This document shows, piece after piece, positions 9,143 to 18,879 of a stretch of 64,000 bases of DNA; within the stretch, counting starts at the first letter, position 1, and the number at the start of each line of letters is the position of its first letter. Location: positions 32,001-96,000 of the forward strand of contig JBBRPR010000025.1 of the NCBI GenBank assembly GCA_038227875.1, read 5' to 3'. The notes beneath the pieces are model-generated. The model saw only the letters and a program-made list of their open reading frames with translations. It was not told where the DNA came from and searched no databases. The translations under genes were made by a program, and so were the position numbers. Source of the DNA: Planctomycetota bacterium (GTDB lineage: Bacteria; Planctomycetota; SZUA-567; H5-PLA8).

Positions 9143-12100
9143 ATGCCCATTGTGACTCCGCTGGCGAACGTGCGATGTCTGGCTCTGGCGCTGCTTCTGG
9201 CAATGGGCGTGGCCGGTGCGGCGGAGACGGGGGCGGGGGACTCCGTAAAAGGGCGGTTATCGGCGTCGGAGGTGATCAAAAAATCGGGCGTGGCGGGTGG
9301 GTTCTGCGTGTTTCCGCAGGCTTCCAAAGACGATGCGCCGCTGCTGCTCGAACTGGCGAAGAAGCCGTCGTTCATTGTGCTGGCGATGGCTTCGGACGAA
9401 AAAGTCGTCGCCCAGCTCCGCGCGGCGGCCAGCGACGCGGGATTGCTCGAGCGCTCGCTGTACGTGGAGCAGGGATCGGGAACGGTGTTGCCGTTCGCGG
9501 ATCGGCTCGTGGATCTGCTCGTCGTCACTGAATTGACGGACGCGGCGTTGAAATCGGAACTGCGCACCGAATGGTCGCGCGTGATTGGGCCGGGACGCGG
9601 GACGGTGCTGTTCGGGCGCGCGGCGGCGGCCGGGGCGGGACTGTCGAAGGATGCGTTGACGTCGTTCGCGAAAGTGCTGCCGGCGGCGACGGTCTCCAGC
9701 GACGAGAGCGGAATGTGGGCGGTGTTGCACACGGCGCTGCCGGTGGGCTCCAACGCGTGGACGCACCGGCTGCACGCGGCGGACAACAGCCAGGTGTCGT
9801 CGGACACCACGCTGAAGGCGCCGTTTTTGACGCAGTGGTGGGGCCTGCCGCGGCAGGAAGGATTCTGGGGCACGACGGTGGTGGCCTGCAACGGGCGTAT
9901 GTTCACCATTCGCGGCAGCCGCGGGACCAATGAGCAAGTGACGATGACGGCGCGCAGCCAGAACAACGGCGTGATTCTCTGGCAGCGAGATTTGAGTCAG
10001 AAAGGCCCGAAGGGCGAACGGCTGCTCCACGGTGGCTATGTGCCAGGGCGATCGTGTACGTTTGCCACGGACGACTCGCTGTTCATCGTGGAACATCACG
10101 CAGTGATGCAGCTGGACGCGGAGACCGGTGAGATTCGCACGCGGATCGAAGGTCCGAAGCCGGAAGGGCAGATCAAGTGGATCGCCGGTTCGGGAAAAAT
10201 GCTGGTGATGCTGGCCGGCGAGATCGACGGCGTCACGCCGATTTCGTACCAGACTGTTTCAAACACGCCGGTCGGCCGTGAGCTGGCGGTCTACGATCTG
10301 GAATCGAACAAGGTCCTGTGGCACGAGACGGTCGCCGGGGACATCGACGAGCGGATGATCGTGGTCCGCGACGGGCAGCTGTATTATCTGGCGCAGGGCG
10401 TCGGCGTGGTTGGGCGCGATGTGAAGACCGGCAACGTGGTCTGGACGGATTCCGACGCGGATGTGCAGACGGAATTCAAAACGCCGGAATTGAAAGTGAT
10501 CAAGGAATTTCTGGTTTCGCTTCCGGTGCTGAGCGCACTGCCGGAGGAGCTGGTCTTCCGCGCCAAGTGGGTGAAGAACACGATCGTGCTCTCGCGAAAG
10601 GACGGCGCGATCCTGTGGAAGAAGCCGACCGAAGGCGGTTCGTATCGCGGACTGACGGCGTGCCCGGTGGGCAACCTGTGGATCGGCGGCGGCAAGCCGC
10701 TGGACCTGAAGACCGGCGCGCCGGTCACGGGCCCCAATTTTATTTCCAGCGGCTGCGGCCCGACGACCGGTACGCCGGATTACCTGATCACGTGTTTTGG
10801 CAAGGTGATGGACATCAAGACGCAGAAGGTGGTGCGCTTCGAGGACATCAAATCGCCCTGCGACGTCGGGACGATTGTCTCCGACGGCAACATGATCACG
10901 ATGCCGTCGGAGTGCGGCTGCTATTTTGAAATGAAGGGCTATCGCACGCTTGCGTCCGCCGGATCAATCACGCCGCACACGGCCGGACCGTGGAAGGAGC
11001 GGCTGACGGTTGCCGACCCGGCGGAGCCCGCGGCGCTGGCGCCGACGGACGCGGACTGGCCGTCGTACCGCCATGATGCTCAGCGCAGCGGCGCGAGCGC
11101 GTCGACAATCGGCTTTGCGGGCGTGGCGGCAAAGATTCTGTGGCAATGGGACGCGCCTGGCAGCGGAGCGCACACGTCGCCGTATCCATTTTCAATCGGA
11201 CAGAACGTGCGTCCCGATTTTGTTTCGACGGCGCCGGTCGCGGCTGACGGGCTGGTGATCTTCGGCTCGCCCGACGGGTTGATCCGTTGCCTGAAGGCGG
11301 ACAGCGGCACGGAAGTCTGGAACTTCGCCACGCATAGTCTGCTGTTCAAGCCGCCGACGATCTGGCAGGGGCGCGTGCTGGTTGGCGGCGGCGACGGGCA
11401 CATCTATTGCCTCAGCGCGCAGAGTGGAAAGTTGCTCTGGCAGCTGCAGGCGGCGCCGCACGATCGGCGGATCTTCTGGTACGGGCATTTGATTTCCACG
11501 TGGCCGGTGATGACGGGCGTGGCGGTGCAGGATGGCATTGGGTACGCGATCGCGGGTTATCAGAAGGAGAACGGGCTGCACGCGTACGCGTTCGATCCGA
11601 AGACCGGCCAGGTGATTTGGGAGAACGATGCGGCCGGCTCCGGCGGCGCGGGCGGCCCGGCGGCGGGATTCAGCTCCGGCGGCAGCCTCGCGGTCGGGCA
11701 GGGAAAACTGTGGACGCCCGCGGGCTGCTACGACATCAAGAGCGGCGAACCGAAAGCGTTGAGCGGGCAATTCGGCGGCGAAGTCGCGGTCTTCGACGCG
11801 TGGGTAATCAAGGGCGGCCGTCGTATCAGCGAGACGGAGGACACGCTGTTCAAGCCGATGGGGCAGAGCGGTTTTGCGGCGTCGAACGTCGATCCGAAAC
11901 TGGGCATTGCAACCCTCTCCGACGCGGGCGTCGCGCTGCCGGCGTGGGACGCCAGCGACGTGCTGCTGCCGCCGCGCGCGGTGAGCGGCAGCCTGACGCT
12001 CACGCCGGTCGCGGCGTTTACGAAATGGATGAGCGACTTTCCCGCGGCGCATGTGGCGTACGAGAAAGCGCCGAAAGAGTCGAAGCCGAAGCTCACGGAG

Positions 12101-12352
12101 TTGCCTGACCTGAAGACGTGGGCTAGCGATGTGGTGACGCCTGCGGCGTTCGCGCTGACGAAGGATCAGGCGGTAGTGGCGTACAGCGACGGCAAGAAGC
12201 ATCACGTCAGCGGCTATCTTCGCGCGGACGGGAAGAAAGCCTGGACGATCGACATTCCCGACCAACCGGCGATGAACGGCATCGCAGTGGACCGCGAGGG
12301 GCGGGTGCTGGTGACGCTTTGCAATGGAGGGGTGGTGTGTATCGGGAAGTGA
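9143..12352 (+). CDS. Large secreted protein: SAM-methyltransferase-like N-domain plus PQQ-like (BamB-type) beta-propeller repeats
   Basis: ATG at 9143 after GAGGA, then a signal peptide. LPFADRLVDLLVV, repeated D..TG..lW blades, DWPSYRHDAQRSG, and Cys cluster SGCG...SPCDVG...ECGC. Confidence 0.8.
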   Translation: MPIVTPLANVRCLALALLLAMGVAGAAETGAGDSVKGRLSASEVIKKSGVAGGFCVFPQASKDDAPLLLELAKKPSFIVLAMASDEKVVAQLRAAASDAGLLERSLYVEQGSGTVLPFADRLVDLLVVTELTDAALKSELRTEWSRVIGPGRGTVLFGRAAAAGAGLSKDALTSFAKVLPAATVSSDESGMWAVLHTALPVGSNAWTHRLHAADNSQVSSDTTLKAPFLTQWWGLPRQEGFWGTTVVACNGRMFTIRGSRGTNEQVTMTARSQNNGVILWQRDLSQKGPKGERLLHGGYVPGRSCTFATDDSLFIVEHHAVMQLDAETGEIRTRIEGPKPEGQIKWIAGSGKMLVMLAGEIDGVTPISYQTVSNTPVGRELAVYDLESNKVLWHETVAGDIDERMIVVRDGQLYYLAQGVGVVGRDVKTGNVVWTDSDADVQTEFKTPELKVIKEFLVSLPVLSALPEELVFRAKWVKNTIVLSRKDGAILWKKPTEGGSYRGLTACPVGNLWIGGGKPLDLKTGAPVTGPNFISSGCGPTTGTPDYLITCFGKVMDIKTQKVVRFEDIKSPCDVGTIVSDGNMITMPSECGCYFEMKGYRTLASAGSITPHTAGPWKERLTVADPAEPAALAPTDADWPSYRHDAQRSGASASTIGFAGVAAKILWQWDAPGSGAHTSPYPFSIGQNVRPDFVSTAPVAADGLVIFGSPDGLIRCLKADSGTEVWNFATHSLLFKPPTIWQGRVLVGGGDGHIYCLSAQSGKLLWQLQAAPHDRRIFWYGHLISTWPVMTGVAVQDGIGYAIAGYQKENGLHAYAFDPKTGQVIWENDAAGSGGAGGPAAGFSSGGSLAVGQGKLWTPAGCYDIKSGEPKALSGQFGGEVAVFDAWVIKGGRRISETEDTLFKPMGQSGFAASNVDPKLGIATLSDAGVALPAWDASDVLLPPRAVSGSLTLTPVAAFTKWMSDFPAAHVAYEKAPKESKPKLTELPDLKTWASDVVTPAAFALTKDQAVVAYSDGKKHHVSGYLRADGKKAWTIDIPDQPAMNGIAVDREGRVLVTLCNGGVVCIGK

Positions 12353-12420
12353 GCCGAATTGGAATGTCGAACGGCTAACGCGGAATTTTGAATGGCGTGT
12401 GTTTAAAGCCTGAGCTGGGT

Positions 12421-13542
12421 TTACGAAATCGTCTCCTGCCAATTGGCCGCGCCGTCGGACCAGCGTGTGGGAACTTTGAGGTGCTGCGGCGGGCGGGCGG
12501 GTTCGTTCAGCAGGAGTGCAGCGCGGCGGCCGATTTCTTCGAAATCCACGCGGGGGCCGGGCAGGGCGGGGTAGGGTGCGTGAATGCCCTGAAACGTCGC
12601 GACGTAGAGATTGCGCAGACGCTCCTTTCCCAGCGCGCCGGATTGGATCAACAGACGCGCGCCTCGGACGATCAGCGCCGCGATTGTACATTGGACGGTG
12701 AGGATCGCGGTGTACGGCGGAGTAGTTTCGAGCAGGCGGCGGATGGTGACGCTCTGGGGACCATCGGACGGGAATGAATTGTAGATGCATTGCTGTCCGG
12801 CCTTCAGACCGGCGGCGGCCATGCCGCGCAGAAAACCAATCTGGCGCTCCTTGGAATCCGGATCGATCTTGCGCGTCGTAAAATGGACGTACTGCACGAA
12901 GGCAATGCGCTGGTGGCCGAGTGCGGCCAGATGCAGTACAGCGTCGTGCGCGGCCTGCCTGTTATCGACACTGACGGAGTGAATCGCCCAGCCTTCGGCG
13001 GGGCTGTCGCACATGACGATGGGCAGACGGAGCTTTTCGTAGCGCTTGAGCGTGGCAGCGAGGAAACGTCCGTAAAGCAGAATGCCACGCGGCGAGAGCC
13101 GGGGCAGGTGATGCGGGAGATGCGTCTGCAACTCCCGGTCGTGGACGATCAGCAGCGGTGCGTAGAGTTTTCCCACTCCGGCCGTCATGCCGGTTTGCAG
13201 GTCGACGAAGTCGGCATTTCCCATCGCATCGGCTAGCGGTTCGGTGACGAGCTCCAGGATCAGATTGCCGTCGACGTCGAGACTGCGCTTGGGATTGCGC
13301 GCAGTGAGACGGCGCTGAGCGGTGAGCGTAAGCCAGCCGTCCTGCTTGAGCGTGTCGATGGCCAGTGCGGCGGTGCGCTTGCCGACGCGGAACTCTTCGG
13401 CCAATTTGCGCAGCGACGGTAGCAGCTTTCCTCCCGCAAAGGATCCTGCGGCAATTTTGCGCTGCAGCTCCGCGGCGATGCGCCGGTAGAGCGCGTCGGA
13501 ATTTGGCGGACGGCCGGGGCCTCGGGCGGACGGGGCTTTCAT
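12421..13542 (-). CDS. GntR-HTH / LacI-type sugar-binding-domain regulator (AraR-like architecture)
   Basis: LPSLRKLAEEFRV wHTH plus SVSVDN...HLAALGHQRIAF and ERQIGF sensor-domain motifs. Confidence 0.85.
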   Translation of the reverse strand: MKAPSARGPGRPPNSDALYRRIAAELQRKIAAGSFAGGKLLPSLRKLAEEFRVGKRTAALAIDTLKQDGWLTLTAQRRLTARNPKRSLDVDGNLILELVTEPLADAMGNADFVDLQTGMTAGVGKLYAPLLIVHDRELQTHLPHHLPRLSPRGILLYGRFLAATLKRYEKLRLPIVMCDSPAEGWAIHSVSVDNRQAAHDAVLHLAALGHQRIAFVQYVHFTTRKIDPDSKERQIGFLRGMAAAGLKAGQQCIYNSFPSDGPQSVTIRRLLETTPPYTAILTVQCTIAALIVRGARLLIQSGALGKERLRNLYVATFQGIHAPYPALPGPRVDFEEIGRRAALLLNEPARPPQHLKVPTRWSDGAANWQETIS

Positions 13543-13692
13543 TTCTGAAGCGTATCCGCGCGATGGTTTCGGGCAACGTATTTAAGGGGACAATAATTAT
13601 CCGAGAGTGGAGCCCAGTGAGTTTCATGGATCACTTCGGTGTAGTCACGGGTACGCTGTGCTGATACGAGCGCGATAAAGGATGGGCTGAGC

Positions 13693-16600
13693 ATGAAGCG
13701 AACTTCGAACGAAAATTCCATATTGCTACTGGCGCTGAGTCTGCTTTTGGCGGCCAACGCCACTGCGGCAGCGAGTGACGCCGCCGGAGATGCGGCTGCG
13801 GCGAAAAGCATTCTCGACGCTGCCAAAGTCAACACGGGACTGTGTGTGCATCTGGGTTGCGGACGCGCGGACTCGCCGGGATTGACAGCGGCGCTGGCGG
13901 AATCCAGCGAGATGGTTGTGCACGGTCTGGCGCTCGACGATGCGGCGGTGACGGCCTCCCGCAAAGCAATCGAAGAGCGCGGCGTTCCGGGACGCGCGAT
14001 GGTGGAGAAGCTGAGCGACAAAGCGCTGCCGTATGTTTCCGATCTGGTGCGGCTGGTAGTTGTCGAAGACCTGGCCGCGGTGACGGCGGCGGGGATCACG
14101 CGCGAGGAAATTCTTCGCGTGACGTGTCCCGGCGGGTCGCTGTGCGTCCGCGAAAGCGGGAAGTGGAACGTCACCGTGAAGCCCCGACTGAAAGAGATGG
14201 ACGAGTGGACGCATCCACACCATGGGGCCGATGAGAATTTGGTCTCCAACGACAAGGCGTTTACATTTCCGATCAACTTGCGCTGGCTCGATGGTGTGCC
14301 AACCAACCGCGGCGGTTTTGGCGAATGCGCGGCGTGCCGGGCGGTGGTGGTTGGCGGCGGCCGCTGTATTACGGTGAGCATGGAAGACTTGAAGAACATC
14401 ACCAACGCCAAGCCTACGGCGTACGTAATGGCGCGAGACGCCTATAGCGGCATTCCACTGTGGAAGCTCAATTGCGAAGGCTCGTACAGCAAAGTCGAGC
14501 TGGACTGGCGGAACGTCTGGCCGATCGTCGTCAACGACACGACGGTGTTCACGGCGCGCAACAGCGAAGTGATTTTTATCAACGCGGCGTCGGGCAAGGT
14601 GGAGACCACATGCGCGACGAAATATCAGCCACGGAGACTTTTGCTCCTGGAGAAGACGCTCGTCGCCGCGTGCTGGGAGAAGACGGAGGATTCTCACGAA
14701 AAAGATGGCTTCGAAAACGATGGCATTCGCGCGGTGTGGTGGCCGGCGGGCAGCGGCAGCGTCGAGGCCTTTGATCCGGAAACGGGAAAGCCGAAGTGGT
14801 CTCTGCCGATCACGGCCGTCACCATCGCTGCGTCCGACGGCACGGTGTATCTGCTGACGCAAAAGGGAAATCCGCCGACCGAGCGCGATCTGATCGCGGT
14901 CGATCTGGCCACCGGCAAGGAAAAGTGGCGCATGCCCTACACGGCATTCGGCGAAGAGCCAGACACGATCTTGAGCTTCGCGGGGCCGTCGTGCGTGGTG
15001 GTGTCGAAATCGAAGGCCAAGGACAAGCACGGCGTGTTTGTGCTGGCAGCGGCCGACGGAAAAGTGATGTTCAATGTTCCCAACACGGCCGCGCGCTGCA
15101 TCGTGAACGGGGAACTCTGGTGCACCGATGGCCGCTACGATCTCAAGACCGGCAAGAAGACGCCCGGCCCGGGTCTGGGTGGCGTCTACGCAGGCACCAA
15201 CGTGATCGGCGGTTGCGTTCCGCCGATCGTGGTGGGCAACAAGTACATCACCGGCTCGCGCGGCTGTGCGTACACTCAACTGGCTGAAAACCCGGAGAAG
15301 CCGTCGACGCGACTGACCTACACCGGCGCGCGTGGCGCGTGCATTCAAGGCATGGTGCCGGCCAACGGCATGTTCTACACGGCTCAGAATAATTGCGCGT
15401 GCGTGGGGGCTCAGGTGCCCGGGTTCCTTGGCATTGGACCCAGTGTTGACGCGCCGAAGCCCGAAGAGTTCGAGAAAAAGCGCCCGGTCGAAAAGGGACC
15501 GGCGTTCGGTGCGTCCGCGGCGCCGCTTTCGGCCGACGAGTGGCCGATGTACCGCCAGAACACGGCGCGCAGCGGTGGGTTTTCCTCGAGCATTCCCGAC
15601 GTCTTGAAAATCCTTTGGACGTCGCCGTGCGTCAAGCCGCCGGAAGGACATCTAGCCGATGCGTGGGATACGCGCATCGGCACGCCACAGCCACTGACAG
15701 CGCCGATCGTGTGCGGCGGCATGGTCATCGTTGCCGGGCTGAACTCCGGGCAGGTCATGGCACTCAATCCAGATTCGGGCTCGAAGTTGTGGACGTCGTC
15801 GCTCGGCAGTCGCATCGATTCGCCACCGACGTACTTCAACGGCCTGCTGCTGGTCGGATGTCACGACGGCTGGGCCTACGCGCTGCGCTCCAAGGATGGC
15901 GTGCAGGCGTACCGCGTGCGGATCGCGCCCATCGAGCGGCGATTGGTCGATCACGGTCTGGTGGAATCAGTCTGGCCGGCGACGGGCGCGGTGCTGGTCC
16001 ATGAGGGCGTGGCCTTCGCCACGGCGGGGCGTTCGACCGAAGCGGATGGCGGCATTGCCATTGTGGCTTTCAAGCCGGAGAGTGGTGAAATGGTCTGGGC
16101 CAAGTCGATGGGCACGGGGAAGGGGATGCTCAATGACATTCTCTCCGTTCAAAACGGAGAACTGGTCTGGCATTGGATGCGCCTGGATCCCAAGACCGGC
16201 GAGCCGCTGACGCCAGCTCAAAAATTCTACAGCCATGGCTCGATGATCGACGGTTCCTGGACGGTGGGTTTTGGCCAGCGCAGTGGTGGCGGGTTTTCTC
16301 TGGGCCGCGTCAACAGCGGCATGATGGCGTGGAACGATCAATTGGTGGTCACGTCGCAGTTCGCCGTTCCGCGAGCGAAAGCTGACGCGCCGAAACCTTT
16401 GCCGACTGCCGCTCCCAAGCATCCCGATGGATTCAAAGCTGAAGAGCTAGCGTGGCGGTTTGAGCTGGAGCCGCACATCGAATGGGCGCGCGTGTACGCC
16501 ATGGCGCTGACGAGCAACACGGCGCTTTACGCCGGAGCAGTGTTCAACGGCTGGGCGAACGGCAAATACGACGGCAGCTTTCTGTGGATCAAGTCGACCG

Positions 16601-16728
16601 TCGACGGCAAATCGCGCCAGGCCCCGTTGCCGCTGGATGCGCCAATCTGCTACGACGGCCTGGCCGTGGCCGGCGGAAAGGTGTTTATGGCGCTGCAGAA
16701 TGGGACGGTGGTGTGCTTGGGGAAGTGA
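13693..16728 (+). CDS. Large secreted methyltransferase-like/PQQ-like beta-propeller protein (paralog of 9143..12352)
   Basis: Signal peptide, GLCVHLGCG, EWTHPHHGADEN, GGCVPP...RGACIQGMVPANG...NNCAC, EWPMYRQNTARSG, and the same C-terminus (NG.VVC.GK) as the paralog. Confidence 0.8.
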   Translation: MKRTSNENSILLLALSLLLAANATAAASDAAGDAAAAKSILDAAKVNTGLCVHLGCGRADSPGLTAALAESSEMVVHGLALDDAAVTASRKAIEERGVPGRAMVEKLSDKALPYVSDLVRLVVVEDLAAVTAAGITREEILRVTCPGGSLCVRESGKWNVTVKPRLKEMDEWTHPHHGADENLVSNDKAFTFPINLRWLDGVPTNRGGFGECAACRAVVVGGGRCITVSMEDLKNITNAKPTAYVMARDAYSGIPLWKLNCEGSYSKVELDWRNVWPIVVNDTTVFTARNSEVIFINAASGKVETTCATKYQPRRLLLLEKTLVAACWEKTEDSHEKDGFENDGIRAVWWPAGSGSVEAFDPETGKPKWSLPITAVTIAASDGTVYLLTQKGNPPTERDLIAVDLATGKEKWRMPYTAFGEEPDTILSFAGPSCVVVSKSKAKDKHGVFVLAAADGKVMFNVPNTAARCIVNGELWCTDGRYDLKTGKKTPGPGLGGVYAGTNVIGGCVPPIVVGNKYITGSRGCAYTQLAENPEKPSTRLTYTGARGACIQGMVPANGMFYTAQNNCACVGAQVPGFLGIGPSVDAPKPEEFEKKRPVEKGPAFGASAAPLSADEWPMYRQNTARSGGFSSSIPDVLKILWTSPCVKPPEGHLADAWDTRIGTPQPLTAPIVCGGMVIVAGLNSGQVMALNPDSGSKLWTSSLGSRIDSPPTYFNGLLLVGCHDGWAYALRSKDGVQAYRVRIAPIERRLVDHGLVESVWPATGAVLVHEGVAFATAGRSTEADGGIAIVAFKPESGEMVWAKSMGTGKGMLNDILSVQNGELVWHWMRLDPKTGEPLTPAQKFYSHGSMIDGSWTVGFGQRSGGGFSLGRVNSGMMAWNDQLVVTSQFAVPRAKADAPKPLPTAAPKHPDGFKAEELAWRFELEPHIEWARVYAMALTSNTALYAGAVFNGWANGKYDGSFLWIKSTVDGKSRQAPLPLDAPICYDGLAVAGGKVFMALQNGTVVCLGK

Positions 16729-16740
16729 AGCATGCAGTGT

Positions 16741-18615
16741 TTATTTGTAAGTTGCCGCCACCTTAAAATCGAGCGGCTCGGACTTCATGATTAATTTGCC
16801 GTCCGCTCTGATTTCCCGCTTGAGGGCGTTCATAAACGGTAGCGAGAGAGAATGCCAGACTTGCACGATCTCGACTAATTTCCCATCTGCATTCAGGACC
16901 TCGTACTCCTCCCATGTACAATCCACTTCGCGTCCGCCGATAGGCTGGAGACTGCGACCTCTGGATTTGAGCCTCTGGGTTTGCCCGTCCTCCAGATAGA
17001 CTCCCCCGAAGACGATAGCCTTGGTGAACGTCTCGGAGCTTTTTTTCGAATGGCCATTTATCGTTGCAGTCGTTTCCACGGAAATTTCGTCGCTGGTTAA
17101 TTTTGTCACTACGTAGCGTAGCTGTACCGAATTCGCCAGCGTCCCTTCGTAATAGGTTTCCTTGGAGGAAAACCAATCGCCCACTTGAATTTTATCCGGC
17201 GGCCCAAGTTCTTCGCGGTTCGAAGCACATTGTAGATGCGGCAGCGCGGCTTTGGCGATAAACCATGAACCCATACGGTTGTTCAGCATATCATTGTCCA
17301 GGATTTTGCCATGATTCGTGTCGCTCGCTTCCACGGCGAACATGCCGTTGTCGTGAATCCGGTTTCCGCTGAGGTCCGCGCCGCTTTCATCCATCAATTC
17401 GATGCCGCTGAATAAATTTCCATAGATTTCATTGTTAGTCAGGGTGGCAAATCCATGCCCTTTCAACAGCACGCCGCGATTATTGCTATTGCCATGAATT
17501 TTGCAGTTTTTCACATCGGCCTTGCCGTCCTCCATCACGCAAAATGCGAATCCATTGTCGAAAATTTCACAGCCATCTACTTTGATATTGCCCGTCTGGA
17601 TTACGCACACGCCGTTTTCTTTGTTATTGTGAATCCGGCATCGCGCCATGTCTGCATTGCCCGTAATGCACAGACCGACATTCCTGCACTCAAGGACTTC
17701 GTTGTCCTCTATCCGGCAAATACCTGAACCGTGAGCGCAAATGCCCTTGAAGGAACCTTTAATAGTATTGCCAGTAACGACAGCCACTGCCGTTGAGTTT
17801 ACGGTAATTCCTGCGTATTCATTTTCCGAGTTTGTCACGGAATTCCTTTCGTAAATGCCGCTGGCTGATTGGTCGACAAAGATCCCGGAATTGCCGCTGT
17901 TGAGAATTTTATTTCCGCGCACCGTGGGATTTGCCGTACCGTTCACCATAATGCCAAAGGCCTTATTTTCCGCGATTGAATTGTTTTCGATCAATAGTTT
18001 ATCACCTGAATGATCGATTGTAATGCCGTCGTTCAAATTGGCATTGATTTGCGAATCGTGAATCTCAATTGATCCCACAGAGTTGATGGTCAGACCGGCC
18101 TTGGTATTGGCGGAGATGTCGCAGTGCTCCCCATAAAGCCCGCCAAACACGGAAATTCCACTGGCCTTGCATTCGATCAAATGGCAGTTCTTAAGTCGTG
18201 CAGTGGCTGTGGTGGAAATTAGAAGTCCATTTCCGCCGGCGCTGCTGAGCGTACAATCCTCGGCCGTCAATGTGCCCAATCGGACATCCATACAATCGAA
18301 AGGTGACGTGGAGGTCTCGCGGACGACGAGGTGTTCCAGAGTGACGTCCGACGCCACGATAACGCACGTTCCCGAATGCTTCACGACAACTTCCCCTTCC
18401 GGATTTCCTTTTAAAGTGAGAATTTTGTCGATTTTGAGTTCTTCGTTATAGGTGCCTGTCTTGATCAGGATTGTATCCCCGGACTTGGCCGCTTCCATTG
18501 CTGCATCAATCGTCGCATAGTCGCCACTGCCTCCGGCATCCACGGTCCAGGTGCGCGGACCGCCGCATCCGTCGAGCAGCAGAAGAAGGCTAAGTGTAAG
18601 AAATGCATTTCGCAT
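16741..18615 (-). CDS. Lipoprotein with right-handed parallel beta-helix (pectin-lyase-like/NosD/CASH) repeats
   Basis: Lipobox LDGC, GDYATIDAA...SGDTILIKTGTY, many N.I..N...GI repeats. Confidence 0.8.
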   Translation of the reverse strand: MRNAFLTLSLLLLLDGCGGPRTWTVDAGGSGDYATIDAAMEAAKSGDTILIKTGTYNEELKIDKILTLKGNPEGEVVVKHSGTCVIVASDVTLEHLVVRETSTSPFDCMDVRLGTLTAEDCTLSSAGGNGLLISTTATARLKNCHLIECKASGISVFGGLYGEHCDISANTKAGLTINSVGSIEIHDSQINANLNDGITIDHSGDKLLIENNSIAENKAFGIMVNGTANPTVRGNKILNSGNSGIFVDQSASGIYERNSVTNSENEYAGITVNSTAVAVVTGNTIKGSFKGICAHGSGICRIEDNEVLECRNVGLCITGNADMARCRIHNNKENGVCVIQTGNIKVDGCEIFDNGFAFCVMEDGKADVKNCKIHGNSNNRGVLLKGHGFATLTNNEIYGNLFSGIELMDESGADLSGNRIHDNGMFAVEASDTNHGKILDNDMLNNRMGSWFIAKAALPHLQCASNREELGPPDKIQVGDWFSSKETYYEGTLANSVQLRYVVTKLTSDEISVETTATINGHSKKSSETFTKAIVFGGVYLEDGQTQRLKSRGRSLQPIGGREVDCTWEEYEVLNADGKLVEIVQVWHSLSLPFMNALKREIRADGKLIMKSEPLDFKVAATYK

Positions 18616-18879
18616 TCAATTTCCCCAGTGGGTAAAAGGACATCAAAATGATAACAAGCCGGCCGGAAAGCGTTGGGGATAAAAAATCGAGACGGCGTAG
18701 CCCGGACGCGCTGTGACACCCCGTAGAACCATTCACGCCCAATACTCAGCATGTAAAATAGTCTGAAAATGACATCCATTAGTCCATCTTTGTCATCCGA
18801 AATCCCATGAACTAGAGTGTATGCTGCACCAGCAGATTGTAGCGGTGGTCGGAGATTGACATTAGTGGAGGGCTTTCCT

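Noticed and set aside
9143..16728. Calling the propeller proteins BamB or a PQQ alcohol dehydrogenase
   Set aside because: Nearly three times BamB length with extra domains, and canonical quinoprotein active-site motifs could not be identified
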